From: an uncultured Prolixibacteraceae bacterium
Lineage (GTDB): Bacteria; Bacteroidota; Bacteroidia; Bacteroidales; FEN-979
Reading direction: 5' to 3'
NCBI GenBank assembly: GCA_964642545.1
Contig: CAZXQU010000005.1
Location: 1,669 to 65,668, forward strand
DNA length: 64,000 bases
The notes below the pieces were generated by a model. That model saw only the letters and a list, made by a program, of their open reading frames with translations. It was not told the DNA's origin and ran no database searches. The translations under genes and the position numbers were made by a program. Positions 25,936 to 34,451 of this stretch are shown one piece after another (the first letter of the stretch is position 1; each line of letters opens with the position of its first letter).

Positions 25936-28917
25936 ATGACAGAGAAGGCCAAAACAAGATCAATACTGGATCATAAAAAGTACTATTTCGCTGATACACA
26001 GTTCAACCTGATGATGGAGAAGCGAATTTACCAGATTCTGCTGATCTCAAGTACGTACGATGCCTTTATGCTGGAAGAGGATGGCCGTATTGATGAACAG
26101 ATCTTCATGGAGTATGTCTCCCTGAACCTACGGTACCCCCCACAGTTTATCAAGGTAACATCTGAAGAGGAGGCCTTTGCCGTATTGGAAGACAAACATG
26201 TGGAGCTGATTATTTCGATGCTAAGCATTGAGAAATCAGATACATTCGACCTCGCTCTTCGGATTAAAGAGAAGTACGCAAAGATCCCGATCGTTGCTCT
26301 AACGCCTTTTTCCCGAGAATCTAGCCTGAAATTAACCCAGAAAGACCTGAGTGCTATTGATTATGTCTTCTCCTGGTTGGGGAATGCTGATATCATGTTG
26401 GCGATCATCAAGTTGATTGAGGATAAAATGAATATTGATCAGGATGTCAGGCAGGGAGTGCAGGCAATCTTGCTGGTTGAGGACTCCATCCGGTTCTATT
26501 CAAGTTACCTTCCTAACATCTATAAAATCATCTTCAAACAATCCAAGGCATTTATGGCAGAAGGGTTGAATGAACACCAGAAGATGCTCAGAATGAGGGG
26601 TCGGGCTAAAATATTGTTGGCAACGAATTATGAGGAGGCAGTGGAGTTATGGGAAAAGTACCACCATAATTTGCTTGGAATTATTACCGATATCAGTTTT
26701 AAACGCCAGGGAGAAACGGATAAAACAGCTGGGATCAAGTTTGTAAAGAAGATTCGATCAGAAGATGAGTTTATGCCGGTCCTGTTTCAGTCTTCCGATG
26801 CAGAATACAAGGAAGTAGCACACCAGATGAGAGTGGGTTTTGTTAATAAAGTTTCCAAAACCCTTTCAATGGAGTTGCGAAATTATATTAACGAGCACTT
26901 CTCCTTTGGTGATTTTGTTTTCATTGACCCCAAAAATGGCCGGGAGATAAGCCGCGTGGCTGATTTGCGAACGATGCAGGAACGTATCTTTGAAATCCCC
27001 GACGACTCGCTACTCTATCTCATGCAGCGAAATAGGTTTTCTAAATGGCTAAACGCTAGGGCATTATTTCCGATAGCGGAATTGTTCGCCGAAGGATCTG
27101 TTTCCCACTTTCAAGATATGGATGAAGCCAAACGCTACATCTACGACTCAATTAAAGCTTTCAGGATCAATAAGGCGAGAGGAGTCATTGCTGATTTCGA
27201 TCGGGAACGATACGATGAATTCCTCCATTTCGGCCGGATTGGAGAGGGGTCAATTGGTGGGAAAGCAAGAGGTTTGGCTTTTCTCGACTCGTTGATTAAA
27301 CGTAACAGGTTAGCCGATAAATACAATGGGGTGACCATTTCGATTCCGCGTACGGTAGTGATTGGAACTGATATCTTTGATGAATTCATGGAGGAGAACA
27401 ATTTATATGAGATTGCTTTGTCGAATCGCAGTGACAGAGAAATTCTGGATCATTTTGTTGCCGCCCGGTTGCCATTCAGGATCCACGAAGATCTCTATAC
27501 CTTTATCACCTGCATCCGTAACCCTGTGGCAATCAGGTCCTCTTCTTTACTTGAAGATTCCCACTACCAGCCATTTGCCGGGATCTATTCGACATATATG
27601 ATTCCGAATATCCGGTTCAACGACCGGTTAATGATTGAGAAGCTGAGTGAAGCAGTCAAAAGCGTTTATGCATCTACCTTCTTCCATGACAGCAAAGCAT
27701 ACATGGCCGCAACGTTGAATATGATTGATGAGGAGAAGATGGCGATTGTTCTTCAGGAGGTTACCGGCAAGCAGTATGGTAACCGTTTTTATCCTACGAT
27801 TTCAGGTGTCGCCCGATCGATCAACTTTTATCCTATCGCACCTGAGGAGCCGGGAGATGGCATTGCAAATATTGCTTTTGGACTTGGAAAGTATATTGTC
27901 GATGGCGGAAACGGTATCAGATTCTCTCCGCGTTACCCGAAAAAAATATTACAACTCTCCACTCCTGAGTTGGCACTTACTGAAACCCAGAAAACCTTTT
28001 ATGCATTGGATTTGAATCCTGACAGTTTCCATGCTGATTGTGATGAGACGATCAATTTACTTAAACTTAAAGTCAAAGATGCCGAGAGCGATCCTGTGTT
28101 GAAACTGGTGGCATCAACCTACGATTACAACGCACACTCACTTCGGGATGGCATGCTGGCATCCGGGAAACGGTTGATTACCTTCTCAAATATTCTGACA
28201 CACGACACATTCCCTCTGGCAAAGATTCTACAAGAGATTTTAGAGATTGGACAAAAGGAGATGAGTAAACCGGTGGAGATTGAGTTTGCAGTGAATCTAG
28301 ATGTTCCAAAAGGGGAACCACGACTGTTTAGCATCCTTCAGATCCGTCCGATTGCCGGGCGTGATGAAACCCTTCACCTCGATCCCAAAACGATAGAGCA
28401 GGATGAGACTATCCTAATCTCAAATGCAGCATTGGGCAATGGGATTATCAATGATATCTCAGACATTGTTTACATCAAGCCTGAAGTTTTTGATGCTTCA
28501 AAAAGTATGCAGTTCGCGGCTCAGTTGGAGAAAATCAATGATCGTTTTCTGGAGGATAAAAAAAACTACATTCTGATTGGCCCTGGCCGTTGGGGTTCCA
28601 GTGATCCCTGGCTTGGCATTCCCATCCGATGGCCACAGATCTCTGCTGCCCGACTCATTGTGGAGTCAAGCCTGGAAAACTACCGGATCGATCCCAGTCA
28701 GGGAACACACTTCTTCCAGAATCTAACCTCTTTCCGGGTCGGATATTTCACAATCAACTCATTTATTGGAGAGGGTTCATACAATATCGGTTTCCTGAAC
28801 AGCCAGCCCGCATTATGGGAGAATGAGTTCATCAGGCACGTTCGGTTTGAGACAAATTGCAAAATTGCCCTGGATGGAAAAAAGAGCTTTGGGGTGGTAT
28901 TCAAGCCAATCCTATGA
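25936..28917 (+). CDS. Paralog of 14998-18870 without the GAF pair: pseudo-receiver + receiver + PPDK_N-type ATP-grasp + conserved C-terminal module
   Basis: ILLVEDS...IITDISF...PVLFQSSD...FVNK. GGKARGLAFL...AIRSSSLLEDS...FAGIYSTY...MAIVLQEVT. GPGRWGSSDPWLGIPIRWPQIS...SQGTHFFQN. Colinear with the first paralog. Confidence 0.75.
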   Translation: MTEKAKTRSILDHKKYYFADTQFNLMMEKRIYQILLISSTYDAFMLEEDGRIDEQIFMEYVSLNLRYPPQFIKVTSEEEAFAVLEDKHVELIISMLSIEKSDTFDLALRIKEKYAKIPIVALTPFSRESSLKLTQKDLSAIDYVFSWLGNADIMLAIIKLIEDKMNIDQDVRQGVQAILLVEDSIRFYSSYLPNIYKIIFKQSKAFMAEGLNEHQKMLRMRGRAKILLATNYEEAVELWEKYHHNLLGIITDISFKRQGETDKTAGIKFVKKIRSEDEFMPVLFQSSDAEYKEVAHQMRVGFVNKVSKTLSMELRNYINEHFSFGDFVFIDPKNGREISRVADLRTMQERIFEIPDDSLLYLMQRNRFSKWLNARALFPIAELFAEGSVSHFQDMDEAKRYIYDSIKAFRINKARGVIADFDRERYDEFLHFGRIGEGSIGGKARGLAFLDSLIKRNRLADKYNGVTISIPRTVVIGTDIFDEFMEENNLYEIALSNRSDREILDHFVAARLPFRIHEDLYTFITCIRNPVAIRSSSLLEDSHYQPFAGIYSTYMIPNIRFNDRLMIEKLSEAVKSVYASTFFHDSKAYMAATLNMIDEEKMAIVLQEVTGKQYGNRFYPTISGVARSINFYPIAPEEPGDGIANIAFGLGKYIVDGGNGIRFSPRYPKKILQLSTPELALTETQKTFYALDLNPDSFHADCDETINLLKLKVKDAESDPVLKLVASTYDYNAHSLRDGMLASGKRLITFSNILTHDTFPLAKILQEILEIGQKEMSKPVEIEFAVNLDVPKGEPRLFSILQIRPIAGRDETLHLDPKTIEQDETILISNAALGNGIINDISDIVYIKPEVFDASKSMQFAAQLEKINDRFLEDKKNYILIGPGRWGSSDPWLGIPIRWPQISAARLIVESSLENYRIDPSQGTHFFQNLTSFRVGYFTINSFIGEGSYNIGFLNSQPALWENEFIRHVRFETNCKIALDGKKSFGVVFKPIL

Positions 28918-28987
28918 ATGTTTAAAAAAAATTAAATCCAACGTATAACCTTTTGCCCCTTAACCGGATTAATGGCTAAAAAAAGCC

Positions 28988-29551
28988 ATGAAAACAACAA
29001 TTCTGGAGCCGGGTAAATTTTATCACATTTATAATCGGGCCAAAAACGGGAACCCATTATTCCCCGAAGACGAAGACATCCAGTTCTTCCTGAAACTCTA
29101 CAAAACACACATCGTCCCTGTTGCGGAGACTTGGGCATACTGTATCCTCGACGACCATGTCCATTTTCTGGTTAGATTAAAAGAGGATCTGAATGGCAAT
29201 GCATACAAACCATTTGCGTTGCTCTTCAACTCCTACGCTAAGGGCTATCACAAGAAAAACGGAAGTGAGGGAAAACTTTTCAAATTCAAACTCAAGCGTG
29301 TTGAGATCCACAGAGAAACGGTCTTACGGGATGTGATCCGTTACATCAACCAAAATGCCCGCAAACATGGGTTGGTTGAGGATTGTTCCCGGTACAGGTA
29401 CTCCTCCTTTCGCGCTACTGTCACCACCTGGCCTACTTTGATTCCTAAGGAAGAGATTCTCAGGCGATTTGGCAATAGGGAGATGTTATCTCATATCCTG
29501 GCCGAACCAGTGAAGGAGAAAGGGTTGAAGATGTACCTGCTTGAAGAATGA
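28988..29551 (+). CDS. HUH/Y1 transposase of the IS200/IS605 TnpA - REP-associated tyrosine transposase (RAYT) type
   Basis: GKFYHIYNRAKNGNPLF, HUH motif DDHVHFLV, and catalytic-Tyr helix VIRYINQNARKHGLV. Confidence 0.8.
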   Translation: MKTTILEPGKFYHIYNRAKNGNPLFPEDEDIQFFLKLYKTHIVPVAETWAYCILDDHVHFLVRLKEDLNGNAYKPFALLFNSYAKGYHKKNGSEGKLFKFKLKRVEIHRETVLRDVIRYINQNARKHGLVEDCSRYRYSSFRATVTTWPTLIPKEEILRRFGNREMLSHILAEPVKEKGLKMYLLEE

Positions 29552-29570
29552 CGAATTACGAATTACGAAT
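29543..29570. repeat. Heptamer array, 4 units (gaagaat gacgaat tacgaat tacgaat)
   Basis: Read directly. Contains the transposase TGA stop (29549-29551). The same word family occurs at 508-549 and, as reverse complement, at 37181-37208. Confidence 0.8.
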
Positions 29571-29653
29571 GAGGGATGTGTTGATAGGATTATAGGTTGG
29601 TCTCAAGAAAGGAAGCGACAGCTCTGAGGCAGGATCTGCAGGTTTCAGTATAG

Positions 29654-29746
29654 TCAATATTCTTTGCCATAGGTAGCGAGAATCGATTGGGCGCAGTTGT
29701 ATCCCTGTTTGAATTGATCCATGGTTTCTTCCGTTCTGTTTTGCAT
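29654..29746 (-). pseudogene. Truncated remnant of a C_GCAxxG_C_C-family gene (first 30 codons only)
   Basis: MQNRTEETMDQFKQGYNCAQSILATYGKEY* matches the family N-terminus (GYNCAQS). Downstream frames are broken. Confidence 0.35.
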
Positions 29747-29751
29747 AGTAA

Positions 29752-32469
29752 TTAGTTGTTTATGAGTTTTATAGCGGTTTGATACAGTGAAGTAGTGATG
29801 GAAAAAATGTAAAGTCCTGTGGCGAATCCCGAAAGGTCAACCGGGTAAATATTATCTCCCGGAACTCCCGATATTGCCTTGGTAAAAAGATCCTTTCCGG
29901 ATGCCTGATACAGGCTTAGGGTACCAGTGAAGTCCGTTTCGCTGTGGTATATTACTTCGTAATTCCCATCTCCCAGGTTTCTCACTACCAAGGGCTCCTC
30001 CTTGTTTGAGGGTTGTTCCTCCCTCCCCTCAATAAATTCGGCTGTAAACTTACAGGCTGATGCAAAACGGATCCACAACAAGGAGTTTGTCTCATCCGGA
30101 TAATACTCCAGAATATTTCCGGATGTAGGCACGAACTCACTTGGATAGGATGAATAGAACCCCACCCAACCCGAATCGCTTACATAACCCGAATGAAGCA
30201 TATCAGATTCGATCTGGTAGCATACATCCATCCGATGGCTGCAAATAATGTAGTTTTGATCAATTGTCCTAAGGGAATCTCCATGTTCCAGGAAAAACAG
30301 GGATGGATTGATGAAATCGACCTTAACAAGGTTTAGGGTGCCATTCCCCTGGATTGGCCCCTGAAAACCACTTGCCGTTGCAAGGACTGTTACCATGACG
30401 GAGTCCTGCTGAGTAAAAATCAGGTTCTGAAAAGTCCCATCCACAACCTGGATGGCATTGACAGATAATCCTGCATCCAGGGTGGTGACTTCGGGTGGTG
30501 TATCGTTAAACGGAAAAAGAACGGAAAGAAACTGAGTGTTCTCGATACTTTCTTTTTGTATAAGCATTTTACTGTAATATCGGTATTGATTGGTACCGGT
30601 GGCAAGGCTGTCAATAGCTGCTGAATAATTTGTTGCGCCGCCGGCTGAGATGGTATGCACAAGAAGTTGGGTTGAATCTCTTGACCAGATGCCCTGGTGG
30701 TTGGTAAAATCAGGGGTGAAAGCTCCTTCAGGAGTGCCGGAAATCCCCCCTTCAAGCCCGTTTCCCTGAAGCTGGAATGTGTATGTATTTGGGCTAACTG
30801 AAGTGATAAAATCGGCTACGATAATATAACGGTCCCTAACAAAGAAGCTCTTCCGGATGATATCAGCACCAAAATAGGCTGTCCGGATCTCTCCGTAATC
30901 GAGCTCGGGTGTATCAAAATAGTTCTCAATCCAGCAGGTGTTTGTTGCAATACTCACCGCTTCACCCACCGGAGGCAGTGGCCCGAATCCGTTCACCAGT
31001 ATCAGTGAGTGGTTGGAGGCGTTGTTCACGGCCGATGATTCCTGGTATCCGGGATATCCGGGATCCACTGCAAGGAGTTCTCCATTGGCCATCAGCGAGA
31101 AACTGCTGGCATCCCCCTGGTGATGGGCTTTGGCGCCGGATAATGCGATACCATGTTTCCCGATGAAATGCATAAATAGGGCATCGGGATCATGTGACGA
31201 CCGAAAAATGAGGCTGCCGGCTTCGGGGAGCGCCCTGAAAAGGGTGTCGGGGAAGAGGCCCTCCTCCACATTCGTGCTGATATATTGCGTACGCCACATC
31301 ACATCTGTAGGGGGGAAGTGTGGATTGGGAATATTAAACCGGCTGTTGCCTGAAAGAGTGGTGATGCTGGTTCCAAACCCGATCGGACTGTCATGGATTG
31401 CGGGAGAGCTTCCGTCGGGCATACGGATCTGGATCATCCATTCGTAGAGGTTAGCGTAATTGGGGTCATACCATGGATTGCGGATATTCCTTGTCACCAT
31501 ATTGAATGTCATGGGATAAGTGGCATCCGGGAGGAAGTTCCAGAAAGCGCGGATAAAGGGAAAAGCATTCTCGAACCCATATTCAAAATAGGCTGGTCCT
31601 TCAGCATATCCTGCGATCGTATCAGGTTCGGAAACCCTTGGGTAGACTCCATTTTCCCGCCAGAGAGTGTTATCCAGGTTCCACAATCCGGCATCGATCC
31701 AGTTTTGCGGCTGGTAATCGGGATCGCTGCTTTCGTTGTCGTTCAGCACAATTGCTGCCAGGCCAAGTGCCGAAGCGGTCATGATGCTATGGTTGTTGAA
31801 CTGGAATTCGAAAAACTTGAACTGCCAGATGAGAACCGTATAGGTCGCCATCGCCCGGTTATACAAATGGGCTGAAAACTCAATCAACGAATCCTTTGCC
31901 AACTGCAGACTGTCAACTGCCAACTGTTGTCCCATCAGCAGATCGTAGGCGATGAGGTAGTTAATCAACTCCTTCGACCGGTGTTGCCACTCCTGGTAGA
32001 AGATCCAGCCCGACTGGAATCCGACAACCGTGTTGATCTCCTCAAGAAGCTGTTTACTTTTCGCTGTTAGTTGTTCACGTTCGGTTGGGGTCAGTGGAAT
32101 AATGGAGCTGGATGAAGGCTTTCTGTCCATCAGTGCAGCAAATGCTGCCTCTTTGGCGATCGTTGACCGGGTGAACCGTTCACCGTTGGTTGTGTTCCCT
32201 GATGGAATGTCGCTGTTCGCATGACTCCATACCAGTTCATAAATGGAATAGATTTTCGGATCTGTCAGAGTGTTTTTGATTACCTCTATCTGAGTGGTAT
32301 CAAGTAAGGTGCGCGGAAAGGTCAGGTCGGCACCGGGAGGATTCCAGGAGCCCTGCGATAGAGAAGTCAGTGGGGTTGCCAGGACTAAAAATAAGGCAGT
32401 ATAGGTCACCCATCTCTTTAAATCAGTTGTGGTTGATTGTATTCTTCCGGAGATTGAGAGAAGTTGCAT
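29752..32469 (-). CDS. Heparinase II/III-like (polysaccharide lyase-like) secreted protein with T9SS C-terminal sorting domain
   Basis: Signal peptide. Central HHQGDASSFSLMANGELLAVDPGYPGY (Hepar_II_III pattern). The last 80 or so aa (...GTLSLYQASGKDLF...GLYIFSITTS..IKLINN) look like a T9SS CTD. Confidence 0.7.
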   Translation of the reverse strand: MQLLSISGRIQSTTTDLKRWVTYTALFLVLATPLTSLSQGSWNPPGADLTFPRTLLDTTQIEVIKNTLTDPKIYSIYELVWSHANSDIPSGNTTNGERFTRSTIAKEAAFAALMDRKPSSSSIIPLTPTEREQLTAKSKQLLEEINTVVGFQSGWIFYQEWQHRSKELINYLIAYDLLMGQQLAVDSLQLAKDSLIEFSAHLYNRAMATYTVLIWQFKFFEFQFNNHSIMTASALGLAAIVLNDNESSDPDYQPQNWIDAGLWNLDNTLWRENGVYPRVSEPDTIAGYAEGPAYFEYGFENAFPFIRAFWNFLPDATYPMTFNMVTRNIRNPWYDPNYANLYEWMIQIRMPDGSSPAIHDSPIGFGTSITTLSGNSRFNIPNPHFPPTDVMWRTQYISTNVEEGLFPDTLFRALPEAGSLIFRSSHDPDALFMHFIGKHGIALSGAKAHHQGDASSFSLMANGELLAVDPGYPGYQESSAVNNASNHSLILVNGFGPLPPVGEAVSIATNTCWIENYFDTPELDYGEIRTAYFGADIIRKSFFVRDRYIIVADFITSVSPNTYTFQLQGNGLEGGISGTPEGAFTPDFTNHQGIWSRDSTQLLVHTISAGGATNYSAAIDSLATGTNQYRYYSKMLIQKESIENTQFLSVLFPFNDTPPEVTTLDAGLSVNAIQVVDGTFQNLIFTQQDSVMVTVLATASGFQGPIQGNGTLNLVKVDFINPSLFFLEHGDSLRTIDQNYIICSHRMDVCYQIESDMLHSGYVSDSGWVGFYSSYPSEFVPTSGNILEYYPDETNSLLWIRFASACKFTAEFIEGREEQPSNKEEPLVVRNLGDGNYEVIYHSETDFTGTLSLYQASGKDLFTKAISGVPGDNIYPVDLSGFATGLYIFSITTSLYQTAIKLINN

Positions 32470-34319
32470 TATTTCTCTGATCGTATCATATTCCTGGGAT
32501 CCAGTACCCGCTCCAACTCCTCCTTCGACATCAACTTCTTTTTTAGGACGAGATCATACACACTGTCTTCTGTCTCAAGTGCCTCTTTTGCTATCAGCGA
32601 ACTATTCTCGTAGCCAATATAAGGGTTGAGCGCAGTAACCAGTCCGATGCTGTTTTCGACCATCTTGCGGCAGTGCTCAGCATTTGCTGTGATGCCGTCA
32701 ATGCACCGGTACCGAAGTGAGTCCATGCCGTTCTTCAGCATCTCGATCGATTCGAGCAGGCTTTGCACGATCACCGGCTCCATCACGTTGAGTTCAAGCT
32801 GGCCGGCTTCAGCGGCAAAACTAACTGTTAGGTCGTTCCCAATCACTTTGAAGGCGATCTGGTTCACGACTTCAGGGATAACGGGATTAACTTTGCCGGG
32901 CATTATGGTAGAACCCGGCTGCATGGGAGGGAGGTTAATCTCATTCAAGCCGGCACGGGGCCCTGAGGAGAGTAGCCTGAGATCATTACAGATCTTACTA
33001 AGTTTGATTGCCAGACGTTTTACAGCGGATGAATAAATTACGTATTGCCCGGTATCCTGGGTCGCTTCAACAAGGTCAACCGCGAGCACGATGTCCAGTC
33101 CGGTTATCTTTCGAAGATATTCCACCACTTTCCCGCTGTATTGAGGGTTGGCATTCAGTCCGGTACCAATCGCAGTTCCCCCCATGTTGATCTCCAGAAA
33201 GAGGTTTGCATTCTCGTTCAGTCGTTCAATCTCTTCCCCCAGGGTGGTAGCGAACGCCCCAAAGGTTTGTCCCAGTGTCATGGGTACCGCATCCTGCAAC
33301 TGGGTTCTTCCCATTTTGATAATAAGGGAGAATTCGACCGATTTTTTGCGGAAGGAGTCGATGAGCTGTTTGAGTACATTCACCAGCTTTTCATTACTCC
33401 GGAAAAGAGCGAGCTGGATAGCAGTAGGATAGACATCGTTTGTCGATTGCGACAGGTTAACGTGGCTGTTGGGATGACAGTACGTGTATTCGCCTTTTTT
33501 ATGCCCGAGTAACTCGAGTGCACGATTGGCTATCACCTCGTTGGCATTCATGTTTGTGGAGGTGCCGGCTCCTCCCTGAATCATGTCCACTACAAAGTGG
33601 TTCAAGAAACGGCTGTCGATAATCTCAAGGCAGGTGCGAATGATGGCATCTGCCATATCTTTTGGAAGCAGTCCAAGGTCATAATTGGCTTCTGCAGCTG
33701 CCATTTTCACAATTGCCAGGGATTTCACCAGTTCGGGGTAAGAATTGAGCCTGACGCCGCTGATATTGAAATTCTCCAGAGCCCGGAGTGTTTGAATGCC
33801 ATAGTAGTATTCATAAGGAACCTCGCGTTCGCCAAGCAAATCATGTTCAGTGCGGGTTCGGCCCGATTCATACTGGGCCGAATCGTCGGAGCTGAGATGA
33901 ACAGCATAACGCAATCTCCGGGAAATAACCCTTGAGATGTTCGACATCACCTTGACAGCAATTGCCCCGTGATGAGAAAAAAAGTCAATCCCCAGGCAAA
34001 GTGTTGTGCTCTCTTCCAGGGCACGCGCCGATGTTGAGTGCGGGTATGTGTCGAGGAGAGACCCTTCACCCAGAAAGTCATATTCGCGGAAGGAGGTGAT
34101 GAACTTCTCCTTTCCAGAAGTTGTCGCCTTAAACAATTCGATCTTTCCGCTCACGACAAAAAAGATCTCTTTTCGGGGTTCGTTTCTTTTGAAAAGGAAC
34201 TCACCGGGTTCAAATGTCTTGAGTGTAACCAAATCGGCTGTGACTGCAATCTCTTCATCCGTGAGATCACGAAAAAGTTCGACTTGGTGCAAAAATTCTT
34301 TGATCTTCAGAAAATCCAT
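32469..34319 (-). CDS. aspA: Aspartate ammonia-lyase with an N-terminal cyclic-nucleotide-binding-like (CAP effector) domain fusion
   Basis: From residue 155 or so it is colinear with E. coli AspA as I remember it (EHDLLGEREVP..YYG.QTLRA.ENF; GRTQLQDAVPMTLGQ; KICNDLRLLSSGPRAGLNEINLP; GSTIMPGKVNP). Residues 8-135 have the cNMP-binding fold pattern. Confidence 0.9.
   Translation of the reverse strand: MDFLKIKEFLHQVELFRDLTDEEIAVTADLVTLKTFEPGEFLFKRNEPRKEIFFVVSGKIELFKATTSGKEKFITSFREYDFLGEGSLLDTYPHSTSARALEESTTLCLGIDFFSHHGAIAVKVMSNISRVISRRLRYAVHLSSDDSAQYESGRTRTEHDLLGEREVPYEYYYGIQTLRALENFNISGVRLNSYPELVKSLAIVKMAAAEANYDLGLLPKDMADAIIRTCLEIIDSRFLNHFVVDMIQGGAGTSTNMNANEVIANRALELLGHKKGEYTYCHPNSHVNLSQSTNDVYPTAIQLALFRSNEKLVNVLKQLIDSFRKKSVEFSLIIKMGRTQLQDAVPMTLGQTFGAFATTLGEEIERLNENANLFLEINMGGTAIGTGLNANPQYSGKVVEYLRKITGLDIVLAVDLVEATQDTGQYVIYSSAVKRLAIKLSKICNDLRLLSSGPRAGLNEINLPPMQPGSTIMPGKVNPVIPEVVNQIAFKVIGNDLTVSFAAEAGQLELNVMEPVIVQSLLESIEMLKNGMDSLRYRCIDGITANAEHCRKMVENSIGLVTALNPYIGYENSSLIAKEALETEDSVYDLVLKKKLMSKEELERVLDPRNMIRSEK
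33915..34319 (-). other. cNMP-binding-like domain of the AspA fusion
   Basis: LFRDLTDEEI...FEPGEFLFKRNEPRKEIFFVVSGKIELFK...DFLGEGSLLDTYPHSTSARA. The phosphate-binding-cassette Arg is replaced by His. Confidence 0.7.
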
Positions 34320-34348
34320 ATGGCAGCTGATTTTACACTACGAAGGTA

Positions 34349-34356
34349 CAAAGTTA
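34349..34356 (-). promoter_or_regulatory. -7 box TAacTTTG for the aspA fusion
   Basis: Forward caaagtta, 30 nt upstream of the ATG at 34317-34319. Confidence 0.45.
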
Positions 34357-34451
34357 AACTGCGTTTTATCCAAAGTTTTAAACATTCCACTTACAAACGT
34401 TCCGATTATCGTAGTTTTACAGAAACCAGCAACCAAAAATCAAAAACCATT

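Noticed and set aside
14998-28917. Annotating the two PPDK_N proteins as PEP synthase or pyruvate phosphate dikinase
   Set aside because: Only the ATP-grasp (PEP/pyruvate-binding family) part is recognisable. There is no GGxTSHAA-type phosphohistidine motif and no PEP-utilising TIM-barrel region. The N-termini are receiver-like domains.
28938-29601. Imperfect 14-nt inverted repeat bracketing the RAYT gene, read as transposon termini
   Set aside because: It has one mismatch plus one indel, and only one pair was seen. IS200/IS605-type elements use subterminal hairpins rather than terminal inverted repeats. I kept it as a minor note inside the island finding, not as a feature.
34038-34451. 604-aa version of the purF-like ORF with a 138-codon N-terminal extension
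   Set aside because: The extension lies antisense to the 5' part of the aspA fusion gene and across the shared promoter region. It has no PurF-like sequence. The Gn-AT fold must begin at the protein N-terminus, so the start is ATG 34452.
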